From positions 1-62,042 of the forward strand of contig DAONTI010000028.1 in assembly GCA_035411585.1 (NCBI GenBank): a stretch of 62,042 nucleotides of DNA. Reading direction: 5' to 3'. How positions within the stretch are numbered: position 1 is the stretch's first letter; every line of letters starts with the position of its first letter. The notes beneath the pieces are model-generated. The model was not told where the DNA came from. It did not search any database and worked only from the letters and a program-made list of their open reading frames with translations. Position numbers and translations under genes: made by a program. Origin of the DNA: Verrucomicrobiota bacterium. Lineage in GTDB: Bacteria > Verrucomicrobiota > Verrucomicrobiia > Limisphaerales > MWDV01. Below, one piece after another: positions 9,091-18,272 of this stretch.

Positions 9091-10071
9091 TTATTTGCGC
9101 CGCCGGCGCGGGTCTCCCGGCCCAATCCGGGGTGGCAGTGGAATCGGGGCGGGCAACGGCGGCGGTGCGGGCACGGACGGCGGTTCGGTTGGTTTCGGCC
9201 AGTGCTGGTCCGTAAATTGAATCACCTTCTCCGCGACATGGATCACCCGTGCGGCGGGTGGCGGCGGCAGCGGCGGTGGTGGTGGCGGTTCCGGGACGGC
9301 GGGTGCCGGCGCCGGAGATGGCGGTCCCGGGGGGGCTGGCGGGGAGATCTCCAGCGCGCCAACCTTCTGGGACAACCAATCTGCGGTGGAACTCACGGTC
9401 TGGCCGATTTTCGTTTCCGGTAATTTCAGGTGGCCGATCTGGAAATCGCCGAGCGCCCGTAATTTGTCCACCGTTTCGCTGGCGGAGCGCACGGCTTCGT
9501 TCCAGCGGTCGCTCAAGGGGGTGGTCGTCTGGTAGCCGTTGACCAACCATTCGAGCCGGCCGGTTTCCAAGTCGAGCAACAACCCATGCACCGGCGTCTG
9601 CGGTCCGATGAGCGGGCTGCCGCGGATCAGGGCGCACGCCTGGTGAACATTCTGGCGCTCGCCGGCAATCTGCCCGAAGTATTGATGGACATTCTCCGGC
9701 AGCAACGCGCGTTGCACCCCCAAATCCTTGAACCGTTCCAGCAACTGCAGCGGCGTGGTCCGGCACACCGGGCAATCCGTGTGGCCGATGACGCAGATTT
9801 CCTCCGCGCCTTCCACCGCGCAGGCCAGCGCCAGTGACCGCAGCGTGCTGGACAACGGTCCGGTGACCATGTTCCCGGCGTTGCGCAGCCAGATGAACTG
9901 GTCCCCGGGCAGGCCCATCACCGCGGGCAGGAGTGGATTCAGGCGCACGTCAATACACGTCAACGCCGCAATCGGCAGCGCCTCCGCATATTCGGCGGGG
10001 CGCAGTCCGGCTTGGGGATCGCCCGCCACCGCGCGATGGTTGGCATCAAAAATGGCTTCAAAAAGACGCAT
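9091..10071 (-). CDS. Beta-class carbonic anhydrase with a proline-rich C-terminal tail of about 100 aa
   Basis: CIDVRLNP and VIGHTDCPV are the beta-CA zinc ligands (Cys, His, Cys). The tail PAPPGPPSPAPAPAVPEPPPPPPLPPPPA...RRRRK is low-complexity. The start ATG at 10071 lies 3 nt after the stop of the upstream membrane-protein gene. Confidence 0.8.
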   Translation of the reverse strand: MRLFEAIFDANHRAVAGDPQAGLRPAEYAEALPIAALTCIDVRLNPLLPAVMGLPGDQFIWLRNAGNMVTGPLSSTLRSLALACAVEGAEEICVIGHTDCPVCRTTPLQLLERFKDLGVQRALLPENVHQYFGQIAGERQNVHQACALIRGSPLIGPQTPVHGLLLDLETGRLEWLVNGYQTTTPLSDRWNEAVRSASETVDKLRALGDFQIGHLKLPETKIGQTVSSTADWLSQKVGALEISPPAPPGPPSPAPAPAVPEPPPPPPLPPPPAARVIHVAEKVIQFTDQHWPKPTEPPSVPAPPPLPAPIPLPPRIGPGDPRRRRK

Positions 10072-10074
10072 GGT

Positions 10075-10737
10075 TTAGCTCGCTCCGAGGGTTAACAATT
10101 CCTGTTTCAGATCGCTGGACAGCGTGAGACCCTGTTCGAGAAACACGACCCGGTCCAGATGCCGCAATTGATCCATCCAATCCGCCCAACCACCCGCCCG
10201 CAATACATCGTAAGTCACCGCGTGGCTGGAGCGAGCGAGGAAAGCCAGCAACACGGCACAATTGACAGCATCCATTCGTAACCAAGCCCCAGCCTGCCGC
10301 CCCAACGCGGCGGCACCGGCGATCAGCCGGGGGCCGTTCAACAGGATGTCTGCAGTCATATTGCTCGCGGCACCCGGGTAAACCAGTAACGCTCCCAGCC
10401 CCAGAACGAGTCCCACCGGACCCGGATACTTGCGTTTCGGATACTCACCCCAGTGCCACGGATCGGTGCGGAAATATTGGAGGAACAACAATACGATGAA
10501 CACCCCGCTGCCAATCAACCTTCCACCGTGCGGGAACGAAAACCGCCGGCCAAAAAGCAGCTCCGTTACCGCGGCAATCCCCTGCCACCCCACCCAGATC
10601 ACCGCATAGGCCAGCCAGAAGGTTGCTAACAGGACGACCAGTCCCGCCACCAGCGCGACTAGGGCCAGCAGGCTGTTGCGCACCGCATCCGCAGTCTTCT
10701 TGCGCTTCAGCCAGTGCTGGACCGCGTCCTTGTTCAT
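10075..10737 (-). CDS. Hypothetical polytopic membrane protein
   Basis: The ORF has about 5-6 hydrophobic helices and no recognisable family motif. I prefer the start at MNKDAVQ (10737), whose ATG overlaps the stop of an upstream small ORF as ATGA. It is tightly coupled to the downstream beta-CA. Confidence 0.5.
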   Translation of the reverse strand: MNKDAVQHWLKRKKTADAVRNSLLALVALVAGLVVLLATFWLAYAVIWVGWQGIAAVTELLFGRRFSFPHGGRLIGSGVFIVLLFLQYFRTDPWHWGEYPKRKYPGPVGLVLGLGALLVYPGAASNMTADILLNGPRLIAGAAALGRQAGAWLRMDAVNCAVLLAFLARSSHAVTYDVLRAGGWADWMDQLRHLDRVVFLEQGLTLSSDLKQELLTLGAS

Positions 10738-10934
10738 GGCTTCTCTCCGCCCGCCACAAGGCGTATTCGCCACCAACCACCTTGCCCGGCGACAATCTTC
10801 ACCTGCTCGTTCGCCATGGTGACAACCACGGATTTGCCGGTCTCACGATTGGTTTCAGGCATAACGTGTTTCCCCAATGATTCAGGCGGGTCGCCACGGT
10901 TGGGAAACTGCCGACTCGAGTCCATGGGGTTCAC
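10734..10934 (-). CDS. Small ORF (66 aa or shorter) translationally coupled to the membrane-protein gene
   Basis: Its TGA stop overlaps the ATG of the membrane-protein gene (ATGA). The protein character is only moderate. It may be spurious, or the membrane gene may start at 10776 instead. Confidence 0.2.
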   Translation of the reverse strand: MNPMDSSRQFPNRGDPPESLGKHVMPETNRETGKSVVVTMANEQVKIVAGQGGWWRIRLVAGGEKP

Positions 10935-11008
10935 CCACGGCGATTCAGACTCGGCCCCTTCGTGACCGCCAAGGGCAGCCGGTCATGACCTTCTACCCAG
11001 GCCTGTAA

Positions 11009-12532
11009 TCAGCCGTTCTTTACGTTGTCCTTCTCCATCGCCCTTTTCAGCGCGGGGACTTGTTCCAACAATTTTTCAAATTTCACGCCGGTCAAACTCT
11101 CCAGCATCGGCGGCAGTTGGGCGATGATCTGGGTGACGTCACCGGTCAGCTTGCTCGCGCCGCCGGGGCTGTTGCCGGAGTTGATGATGACCATTTTCTC
11201 CGTCTTACTGAGGGGCTCGGCGATCTTGCCGGCCAGTTCCGGCAGCACCTTCACGAGCAGTTCGATCACCGCCGCTTCGTTGTATTTCTGGAAGGCCTCG
11301 GCTTTGAGCCGGGTGGCTTCGGCATTGGCGCGGCCTTGCGCTTCGATCACGGCGGCTTCCGCCAGCCCGCGCGCCTTGTTCGCCTCGGCTTCGGCGATGC
11401 CGGTGGCCTTTTGCACGTCAGCGTTGGCAAACCCTTTCGCCTTGGCGGCGGACGCGGCCCCAGAGGCTTCCGTTTCCAGTTGGAACTTGGTGGCGTTGGC
11501 CAGGGTTTCGACCTTGTAACGCTCGGCGTCCGCCGGTTTCTGCACGGTGGCCTCCAGCTCGCGTTGTTTGCGCAGGATTTCCTGTTGTTGCAGCTCGATC
11601 TGCTTCTGCTTTTCGATGATGCTGACCTGGACTTCCTCGGCCTTGACCAACTGGCCCGTCTTGAATTTTTGCAGGTCGTAGGCGAGATCGGCTTCGGCCT
11701 TCTTCTGGTTCACCGCCGCCACGTATTGCGCGACGTTGCTTTCATAATCGCGTTGCGCCTCGGCGATCTTGGTATCCGCGGCGAACTTAGCCTCCTGCCC
11801 GGCCTGTTGCGCCTGGGCGCTCTTGATCATGGCGTCGCGGTCGGCCTCGGCCTGGGCGATCTGGGCGTCGCGTTTGACCTGGGCGATGCGCGGTTTGCCG
11901 AGGGCTTCGAGGTAGCCTTGGGCGTCGCGGATGTCGCGGATGGTGAAACTGACGATTTGCAGGCCCATGTTGGCCATGTCGCCGGCGGCCACTTCCTGCA
12001 CCTTGGTGGCAAAGGCGTCGCGGTTCTGGTAAATCTCCTCGACCGTGAGCGTGCCGAGAATGGCGCGCAAATGACCTTCCATGGTCTGCGTGGCGATGTT
12101 TTTGACCTCGTCGGTGCCTTTGCTCAGGAACTGCTCGGCAGCGGTGGCGATGGAGATGTCATCGCCTTTGACCTTGATTTGCGCCACCCCGTCCACCCGT
12201 ACCGGCACGCCTTTGCTGGTATAAACCTCGGGCGTGTTGACATCAATGGTCAGCAATTCGAGGGAAAGAACGTCCACCTTCTCGAACACCGGCCAGACGA
12301 ACACCCCGCCGCCCTTGACCACGCGGAAGCCGACCTGGCTGATCGTGCCATCCGGGTCCATCACGCGGTGTTTGCGTCCGGAAATGACGAGCACCTGGTT
12401 CGGCCCGACCTTGGTGTAGCGGCTGGCCCAGATGCCAATGAAGATGAAAAAGACAATCAGGATGGCGACAACGCCGCCAATCACCGGGATCCAGGGAATA
12501 TCGCCGAGGGCGAGGAGGGGATGAGTATGCAT
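11009..12532 (-). CDS. Flotillin-like SPFH/band-7 protein (YqiK/FloT type)
   Basis: An N-terminal TM is followed by an SPFH domain (VISGRKHRV...) and a long Ala/Glu/Gln-rich coiled-coil tail with EA repeats. It lies immediately downstream of an NfeD gene. Confidence 0.85.
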   Translation of the reverse strand: MHTHPLLALGDIPWIPVIGGVVAILIVFFIFIGIWASRYTKVGPNQVLVISGRKHRVMDPDGTISQVGFRVVKGGGVFVWPVFEKVDVLSLELLTIDVNTPEVYTSKGVPVRVDGVAQIKVKGDDISIATAAEQFLSKGTDEVKNIATQTMEGHLRAILGTLTVEEIYQNRDAFATKVQEVAAGDMANMGLQIVSFTIRDIRDAQGYLEALGKPRIAQVKRDAQIAQAEADRDAMIKSAQAQQAGQEAKFAADTKIAEAQRDYESNVAQYVAAVNQKKAEADLAYDLQKFKTGQLVKAEEVQVSIIEKQKQIELQQQEILRKQRELEATVQKPADAERYKVETLANATKFQLETEASGAASAAKAKGFANADVQKATGIAEAEANKARGLAEAAVIEAQGRANAEATRLKAEAFQKYNEAAVIELLVKVLPELAGKIAEPLSKTEKMVIINSGNSPGGASKLTGDVTQIIAQLPPMLESLTGVKFEKLLEQVPALKRAMEKDNVKNG

Positions 12533-12553
12533 GATAAGGAGTGGTTAATGGGT

Positions 12554-13114
12554 TTACTGGGTAGGTTCGACGAAAAACTGCGTGCCGACAATGCGGGTGA
12601 TTTTGACCGGTTGCCCGACAGGAATCGCGATGTTCCCTTCCGCGCGGGCGGGCGCGGTGTAACGGCTGTTGGCCTGCACATAGGCGATTTCGCCAACGCC
12701 ATTCTCCGGAATCGGGGTGATGATGGACGCCGGCAGCCCCACCACCGTGGCCACACGGGATTCGCTGGAGCTTTGGGTCTTCTTGAACATGGTGTTGAAA
12801 AACCACAAGGTGCCTGCGGCAATCGCGCCGCCGGAAACGACCGCCAACGGCGCGCTCAACCACACGCTGCGCGTGGCTTCGATGCGGGTGAAAATCAATC
12901 CAAACGCGCCAAACGCCGTGATGAAGCTGGCGAGAACGGTGGGACTGAAGAACGAAATCCCGGGCAATCCCGCGCTGTCCGCCCCCGCTTCCGCGTGCCC
13001 GCCGGTCCCCACATCACCCCCGTCATCCCCGCCAAAAAAATGGCCGGCGATGGCGCTGATGAGGGAGAAAAGCAGTCCAAGGACCAAGCAGATGCCGTAG
13101 ATGAGTGAATCCAT
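12554..13114 (-). CDS. NfeD-family membrane protein (YqiJ-like)
   Basis: An N-terminal hydrophobic segment, a Gly/Asp-rich linker, further TMs and a C-terminal OB-fold-like beta region are present. NfeD genes canonically pair with flotillin genes. Confidence 0.7.
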   Translation of the reverse strand: MDSLIYGICLVLGLLFSLISAIAGHFFGGDDGGDVGTGGHAEAGADSAGLPGISFFSPTVLASFITAFGAFGLIFTRIEATRSVWLSAPLAVVSGGAIAAGTLWFFNTMFKKTQSSSESRVATVVGLPASIITPIPENGVGEIAYVQANSRYTAPARAEGNIAIPVGQPVKITRIVGTQFFVEPTQ

Positions 13115-13413
13115 AAAACCTCAGTCCGTTGTTTCGCGATAATTAAAGCTCATTCCCGCCCGCTGGCAAGTCCGAATGCGGGCCGGACCACCGCTCCGCC
13201 ACGGGCCGGGGACCGGCGGCGGGCGCGGAATCGAGCGCCGGGGGCGCGGGATGCGTGGTGCCCGTTTCATGCTGGGTTAAGCTAAGCAGAAGTTGCGCGG
13301 TTGCGCAGTTACAAAGCCACGGAAAAATTGTAAGCACCCAATCGCGCCGGGACGGAGCAGCGGCAATCAATCTCTCCGGCCGCCGCCTGCGCGCCGGCTG
13401 GCAATGCCAAACG

Positions 13414-13842
13414 TCACAACGTCAGCATCTCTTCCCGGGTAAGCACACGCAGATTTTGCTGCTGAAGAATTTCGCGGGCGCGCGCCAGGTCGGAAACCTC
13501 CAGGACCAGAATGGCGCGTTGGTTGGCGACAAAACCGGAGGTGTTTTCGAGATTGATCTGGTGGAAGGCCAGACATTCCGCCACCGCGTGCAACGCGCCG
13601 GGTTGGTCGGACACCTCCACGGCCAGCACTTCCAAGAGGGTGGTGACATATCCCTCGTGTTTCAGCGCTTCGTAAGCCAGTTGTGCGTTGTCCACCAGGA
13701 ACTTCATCACACCGAACGCGCCCACGCTGGCGATGGTCACCCAGCGGATGTTCAGGTTGGCGTGGGCGAGGATGCGGGTCACGCGGGCGGTCTGGCCCGG
13801 TTTGTTTTCGGCAAAAACGGCGACCAGTTTGACGGCGTTCAT
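13414..13842 (-). CDS. Tandem ACT-domain protein
   Basis: Two beta-alpha-beta-beta-alpha-beta units of about 70 aa are present (VAVFAENKPGQTARVTRILAHANLNIRWV; VLAVEVSDQPGALHAVAECLAFHQINL). The gene is the last in an operon with PaaK-type ligases. Confidence 0.75.
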   Translation of the reverse strand: MNAVKLVAVFAENKPGQTARVTRILAHANLNIRWVTIASVGAFGVMKFLVDNAQLAYEALKHEGYVTTLLEVLAVEVSDQPGALHAVAECLAFHQINLENTSGFVANQRAILVLEVSDLARAREILQQQNLRVLTREEMLTL

Positions 13843-13857
13843 GGGGGCTCTCCGGGG

Positions 13858-15150
13858 TTAGAGTTGGCGACGATCCACCACGCGCTTGGCCTTGCCCTCG
13901 CTGACGGGCAGGTCGCCGGGGGGGACGAGTTGCACGGTGGGTTTGCAGAGGATTTCCGCCCGTAATTTTTCGGCGAGCTTCTTTTGCAGGGCGATGAGTT
14001 GTTCCACCTGGCCGCCAAAGCCGGCCTCGGCCAGTTCCACTTTGACAGTCATTTCGTCCAGACCGGTCAGTTCGATGAGGTAATTGCGTCCGATCCCCGG
14101 TTGGGCCATCAACACCCGCTCAATCTGTTGCGGGTAGATGTTGACGCCCCGCAGAATAAGCATGTCGTCCGCGCGTCCGGTGATGCGGTGGAGTCGCCGG
14201 TGCGTGCGTCCGCAGGCACAGGGCGCCGTAATCAGCGCGGTGACATCGCGCGTGCGGTAGCGCAGCAACGGCATGGCCTCCCGGCACAAGGTGGTAAGCA
14301 CCAGCTCCCCGGATTGTCCTTCGGGCACGGGTTCATCGGTCTCGGGATCGAGAATCTCAACCAGAAAATGATCCTCCCACAGGTGCATCCCCTGCTTTTG
14401 TTCGCATTCAAAGGCGACCCCGGGGCCGTTCATTTCGGACAACCCGTAGGAATTGTACACGTCCAAACCCAGCCCCTCCTCAATCTTCCGGCGGGTTTCC
14501 TCGGTGTAGGGCTCGGCTCCGACGAAGGCCTTGCGCAGTTGCAGATCACGCCGCGGCTCGACGCCGTGTTTTTCGAGAAAAGTCGCCAGATAGAGGGCGT
14601 AGCTGGGGGTCAGGTGAATCACCGTGCTGCCAAAATCCCGCATCAACATGACTTGCCGCTCGGAATTGCCGGGGCCGGCCGGGATGACCAGGCACCCCAC
14701 TTTTTCCGCACCGTAGTGTGTCACCAACGCGCCCGTGAACATGCCGTAGGTCATCATGTTCTGGAACACGTCGCCGGCGCGGACGCCGGTGGCAATGAAG
14801 GCGCGCGCGCACAGTTCGGCGGCGTTGTTGACATCCTGGCGCGAGAAGAACAGGGCCTTGGGTTTGCCCGTCGTGCCGCTGGAAGTATGCAACCGCAGGG
14901 TTTGATCATACGGCACGGCCAGCAATCCGGCGGGATAATTCGCGCGTAAATCGGCGTTGGTCGTGAAGGGCAGCCGCCGCAGATCAGCAAGGGAACGAAT
15001 CGCCTCCGGCGTCAAACCCAGGTCGTTAAACTTCCGCTGGTAAAAGGGGACCCGCGCAAAGACACGGCGGACGGTTTCTTGCAGACGCTGCAATTGCAGC
15101 CGTTCCAAGTCCGGGCGGGGGAGGGTTTCGTGGGTTTCGTCCCAAAACAT
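13858..15150 (-). CDS. paaK: Phenylacetate-CoA ligase family aryl-acid-AMP/CoA ligase (PaaK-like)
   Basis: LPRPDLERLQLQRLQETV and the AMP-binding motif TSSGTTGKPK match the family, as do the C-terminal blocks. I set the start at MFWDETHET (15150) because the upstream 72 in-frame codons (G/R/P-rich) are not protein-like. Confidence 0.85.
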   Translation of the reverse strand: MFWDETHETLPRPDLERLQLQRLQETVRRVFARVPFYQRKFNDLGLTPEAIRSLADLRRLPFTTNADLRANYPAGLLAVPYDQTLRLHTSSGTTGKPKALFFSRQDVNNAAELCARAFIATGVRAGDVFQNMMTYGMFTGALVTHYGAEKVGCLVIPAGPGNSERQVMLMRDFGSTVIHLTPSYALYLATFLEKHGVEPRRDLQLRKAFVGAEPYTEETRRKIEEGLGLDVYNSYGLSEMNGPGVAFECEQKQGMHLWEDHFLVEILDPETDEPVPEGQSGELVLTTLCREAMPLLRYRTRDVTALITAPCACGRTHRRLHRITGRADDMLILRGVNIYPQQIERVLMAQPGIGRNYLIELTGLDEMTVKVELAEAGFGGQVEQLIALQKKLAEKLRAEILCKPTVQLVPPGDLPVSEGKAKRVVDRRQL

Positions 15151-15395
15151 GATGTGCGTCAAGGCAACCGGGTGGCGGACGGCGGGCGGAACAACGTCGC
15201 CGGCACCGGAGAGAATTGATTCAGGAACCGGGGGCCGCCAACCGCAAGCGCGGACGCCATAACCGCGCCCTGATCGAAGGGCGCCTGGCGTGTTCCAGCG
15301 GTCCCTGTCCGGGGGGCCAGACTGAAAAAAACACCCGCGCTGCGTGCCCCATTTTTCATCGGTCAACCGCAGGATTTCGCAAATTCATCCGGCAA

Positions 15396-16643
15396 TCAAG
15401 ACTGGATTAGCGGACGCCCCGTTTCCGGCGGGGACAGGGTCGGGCCGCCGGTCTCATCGGGGACCGCCTGCGAGCGGGGATTCACAAAACGCACTTCCGC
15501 CACCAGATTGAGCCGGGCGAGGAAGTCGGATTCAATCTGGCGTTTGAGATTTTCGACAAACCACACCGTATCAGCGAACAGCGCCTCGGACAGTTCCAAG
15601 GAAACCACGATGTGCCGCTCGGAAACCTTGAGCGTGAACGGCTGGCCGGCCGCCCGCGTGTGCGCCAGGACTTCCGCGATCTGGGTTTCGTAAAAGGGTG
15701 TTTCCTTGACCCGCAACCGGCCATCCAAGCGCGGGCCAGGCACAATTTGCACGCCGCTGCGACCGCAGGCGCATTTGCCCTGGACCAGTTCGCAGGCCAC
15801 GCGCGTTTGATAACGCAAGAGCGGCAGGGCCTCCCGGCACAGGGTGGTGAGCACTAGTTCGCCGTTCTGCACCTCGGCGAGGAATTGGTCCTCGTGAAGG
15901 TGGAAGGTACCGGCCGGACACGCCACGCACAAACCGGGATCGAGAATCTCCCCCAGACCAAAGTTGCATTGCACCGGCGCGGACAATCCGGCGGCCAGAC
16001 GGTCGCGGGTTTCCCGATCCACCGGACGCGAGAGCAAAACGGTGCGCAACTGGAGCGATTGCGGGTCGAGCCGGCGTTGCTCGATCACTTCGGCCAGTTC
16101 GAGCGCCATGGTGGGCGTGGTGATCAAGACGGTGGGCCGGTAGTTCCGCAGCATGGCGATCTGGTAATCCGCATGCGCGGGTTCCTCGGCAATCACCGAG
16201 GCTTCCAACACCTGTGCGCCAAAGAGATAACCCGCCGAACCGTACGCCCCGCCGCCGAAGCAGACTTGGATGACGTCATTGGCCGTGACCCCGCTGGCGG
16301 CGAGCTGGCGCGCGGCCAGCCGGCCCCATTGACTGAGATCATTGCGTGTGTGGCCGATGACCAGCGGTTTTCCCTGCGGCCCCAGGGTGGTGTGCAAGCG
16401 GATAATCTCGCGCATCGGGCAGGCGAAGAAGCCGTAGGGAAAACTCTCCGCCATTTCCTCCGGCGTGGTGAAGGGCAGCCGCGCCAGGTCCGCCACCGAC
16501 TCGACGTTCAGGCCGGCGAGTTTTTCCCGGTAACGGCGGACGTGGCGTTTCAAGCGGGCGAGCAAGGCCTGCAACCGTTCCAGTTGCAGTTGCTCCAGCT
16601 CCCCGCGGGGCATCAATTCGTGGCGATGATCGAACACATTCAT
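15396..16643 (-). CDS. Divergent PaaK/coenzyme-F390-synthetase-like adenylate-forming enzyme
   Basis: ELEQLQLERLQALLARLK, LPFTTPEEM and HTTLGPQGKPLV (a degenerate P-loop) are present. It is the same length class as PaaK but much less conserved. Its ATG overlaps the livF stop (ATGA). Confidence 0.7.
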   Translation of the reverse strand: MNVFDHRHELMPRGELEQLQLERLQALLARLKRHVRRYREKLAGLNVESVADLARLPFTTPEEMAESFPYGFFACPMREIIRLHTTLGPQGKPLVIGHTRNDLSQWGRLAARQLAASGVTANDVIQVCFGGGAYGSAGYLFGAQVLEASVIAEEPAHADYQIAMLRNYRPTVLITTPTMALELAEVIEQRRLDPQSLQLRTVLLSRPVDRETRDRLAAGLSAPVQCNFGLGEILDPGLCVACPAGTFHLHEDQFLAEVQNGELVLTTLCREALPLLRYQTRVACELVQGKCACGRSGVQIVPGPRLDGRLRVKETPFYETQIAEVLAHTRAAGQPFTLKVSERHIVVSLELSEALFADTVWFVENLKRQIESDFLARLNLVAEVRFVNPRSQAVPDETGGPTLSPPETGRPLIQS

Positions 16644-17359
16644 AGTAAGGCCTCCCTGCCGGTGCTGCCGAGGTAGGCGCGTTTGACTTCGGGATTGTGC
16701 AACAGTTCGGCAGCGTCCCCCTCGAGGATGATTTCCCCGGTCTCCATCACGTACGCGCGGTCGGCGATTTGCAGCGTGGCGGTGACGTTTTGCTCAACCA
16801 ACAGCACGGTGACGCCCAACTCACGCAGCTTGCGAATCTCGGCAAAAACTTCCAACACCATCAACGGCGCCAATCCGAGCGAGGGTTCATCCAACAAGAG
16901 CAGCCGGGGACGACCCATCAGGGCGCGACCCAACGCGAGCAACTGCTGTTCGCCGCCGGAGAGGGTGCCGCCCAATTGACGCGCGCGCTCCCGCAGGCGG
17001 GGAAAACGGTCCAGCACAATGTCCAATTGCAGCAGGCGATCGGGATTATGGTAGCCGCCGATGAGCAGATTTTCGCGCACGGTGAGGTCGGCGAAAATCA
17101 TTTTGCCCTCGGGAACGAGCACGGTGGCGTTGCTGATGCTCCGCCACGGGGGTTGCCCGAGCGTGGACCGGCCATCCATCAGAATCTCGCCGTGCCGGGG
17201 CGGGAGCAGGCCGACCAACGAGCGGAGCAGCGAGGTCTTGCCGGCCCCGTTGGCGCCGAGCAATCCGACAATCTCCCCCCGGCTGACGTGCAGACTCACG
17301 CCCCGCACCACCTCAAGGGCGCCGTAGGCGGAACGTAGATTTTTGACTTGAAGCAACAT
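16640..17359 (-). CDS. livF: Branched-chain/hydrophobic amino-acid ABC transporter ATP-binding protein (LivF type)
   Basis: Walker A GANGAGKTSLL, the signature LSGGEQQ, and Walker B LLLLDEPS are present. Confidence 0.85.
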   Translation of the reverse strand: MLLQVKNLRSAYGALEVVRGVSLHVSRGEIVGLLGANGAGKTSLLRSLVGLLPPRHGEILMDGRSTLGQPPWRSISNATVLVPEGKMIFADLTVRENLLIGGYHNPDRLLQLDIVLDRFPRLRERARQLGGTLSGGEQQLLALGRALMGRPRLLLLDEPSLGLAPLMVLEVFAEIRKLRELGVTVLLVEQNVTATLQIADRAYVMETGEIILEGDAAELLHNPEVKRAYLGSTGREALL

Positions 17360-17435
17360 CGTTATCGTCCGTTGAGCGTTGCCGAACCCGAGCCGGGCCG
17401 CCGCTGGGCGTCGAGGAGGATCAAGCGCGGAGGAT

Positions 17436-18272
17436 TCATCGGGGTCGCGTCCATTTCAAGTTGAGTTCGCCGGCGGGCGGAATGCCGTCGGGTTCACCGC
17501 CCAAGTACACCTGAATGACGTTGGGATCGTTTTGAATGGTGGCGGGCGGTCCGTGGGCAATGGGCGTGCCATTGTGCAGAACGACGATGTCATCCGCCAG
17601 GTCCATGACCAGGGCCATATCGTGTTCCACCAGCAACAAGGTAACGCCGCTCGCGCGGATTCGCCGGATGACCTGGTTCAAGTCGGCTTTTTCGCGGGTG
17701 TTCAGTCCACTGGCCGGTTCATCCAGCAGCAAAAGCTCCGGTTCGGTGGCCAGGGCGCGGGCCAGTTCAACCATCCGTCGTTGACCAAAGGCCAGCGACC
17801 CCGCCGGGCGGTCGGCCAACGCCGCCAACCCAAGCGGTTCCAAGTGCCGCCAGGCCTCCGCCCGGATGTGTTGTTCCTCCCGGACCTGTCCCGGCAGGCG
17901 GAGGCTGCTGGACAGGAAACTCGCCCGACTGCGCAGGTGCCGTCCCACCATGACATTTTCCAGGACGGTCATGCGCAGAAACAGACTCGGATTTTGGAAG
18001 GTGCGGGAGATGCCCAGCCGCGCGATTTGAAAGGGTTTCAAGCCGGTGATCGTCCGGTCTTTGAACCGGATCTGCCCCACCTCCGGCGCCAGGAGCCCGG
18101 ACACCATGTTGAACAAGGTGGTTTTGCCCGCGCCATTGGGACCGATCAATCCTTTAATCTGGCCCCGGCAAACCGTGAAACTCACGCGATCCAGCGCCAC
18201 CAAGCCGCCGAAACTGCGCCGCACATTTTCCACCTCGAGGAATGCCATATCAGTGAATGCGGGGCGCTCCAT
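17436..18272 (-). CDS. livG: Branched-chain/hydrophobic amino-acid ABC transporter ATP-binding protein (LivG type)
   Basis: GPNGAGKTTLFN, a signature, and LLLDEPASGLN are present. An alternative start MAFLEV lies 1 nt after the livM stop. Confidence 0.85.
   Translation of the reverse strand: MERPAFTDMAFLEVENVRRSFGGLVALDRVSFTVCRGQIKGLIGPNGAGKTTLFNMVSGLLAPEVGQIRFKDRTITGLKPFQIARLGISRTFQNPSLFLRMTVLENVMVGRHLRSRASFLSSSLRLPGQVREEQHIRAEAWRHLEPLGLAALADRPAGSLAFGQRRMVELARALATEPELLLLDEPASGLNTREKADLNQVIRRIRASGVTLLLVEHDMALVMDLADDIVVLHNGTPIAHGPPATIQNDPNVIQVYLGGEPDGIPPAGELNLKWTRPR

Noticed and set aside
11060-13108. 682-aa plus-strand ORF
   Set aside because: It lies antisense to the flotillin and NfeD genes. 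Its composition is extremely Gly/Leu/Arg/Asp-biased, typical of the reverse strand of GC-rich coding DNA. It has no motifs and the opposite strand carries clear family signatures.
13984-14949. 321-aa plus-strand ORF inside paaK, and similar plus-strand ORFs at 15885..16676, 16697..17338, 17379..18329 and 20441..21502
   Set aside because: All are antisense shadows of the well-supported minus-strand liv/paaK operon genes.
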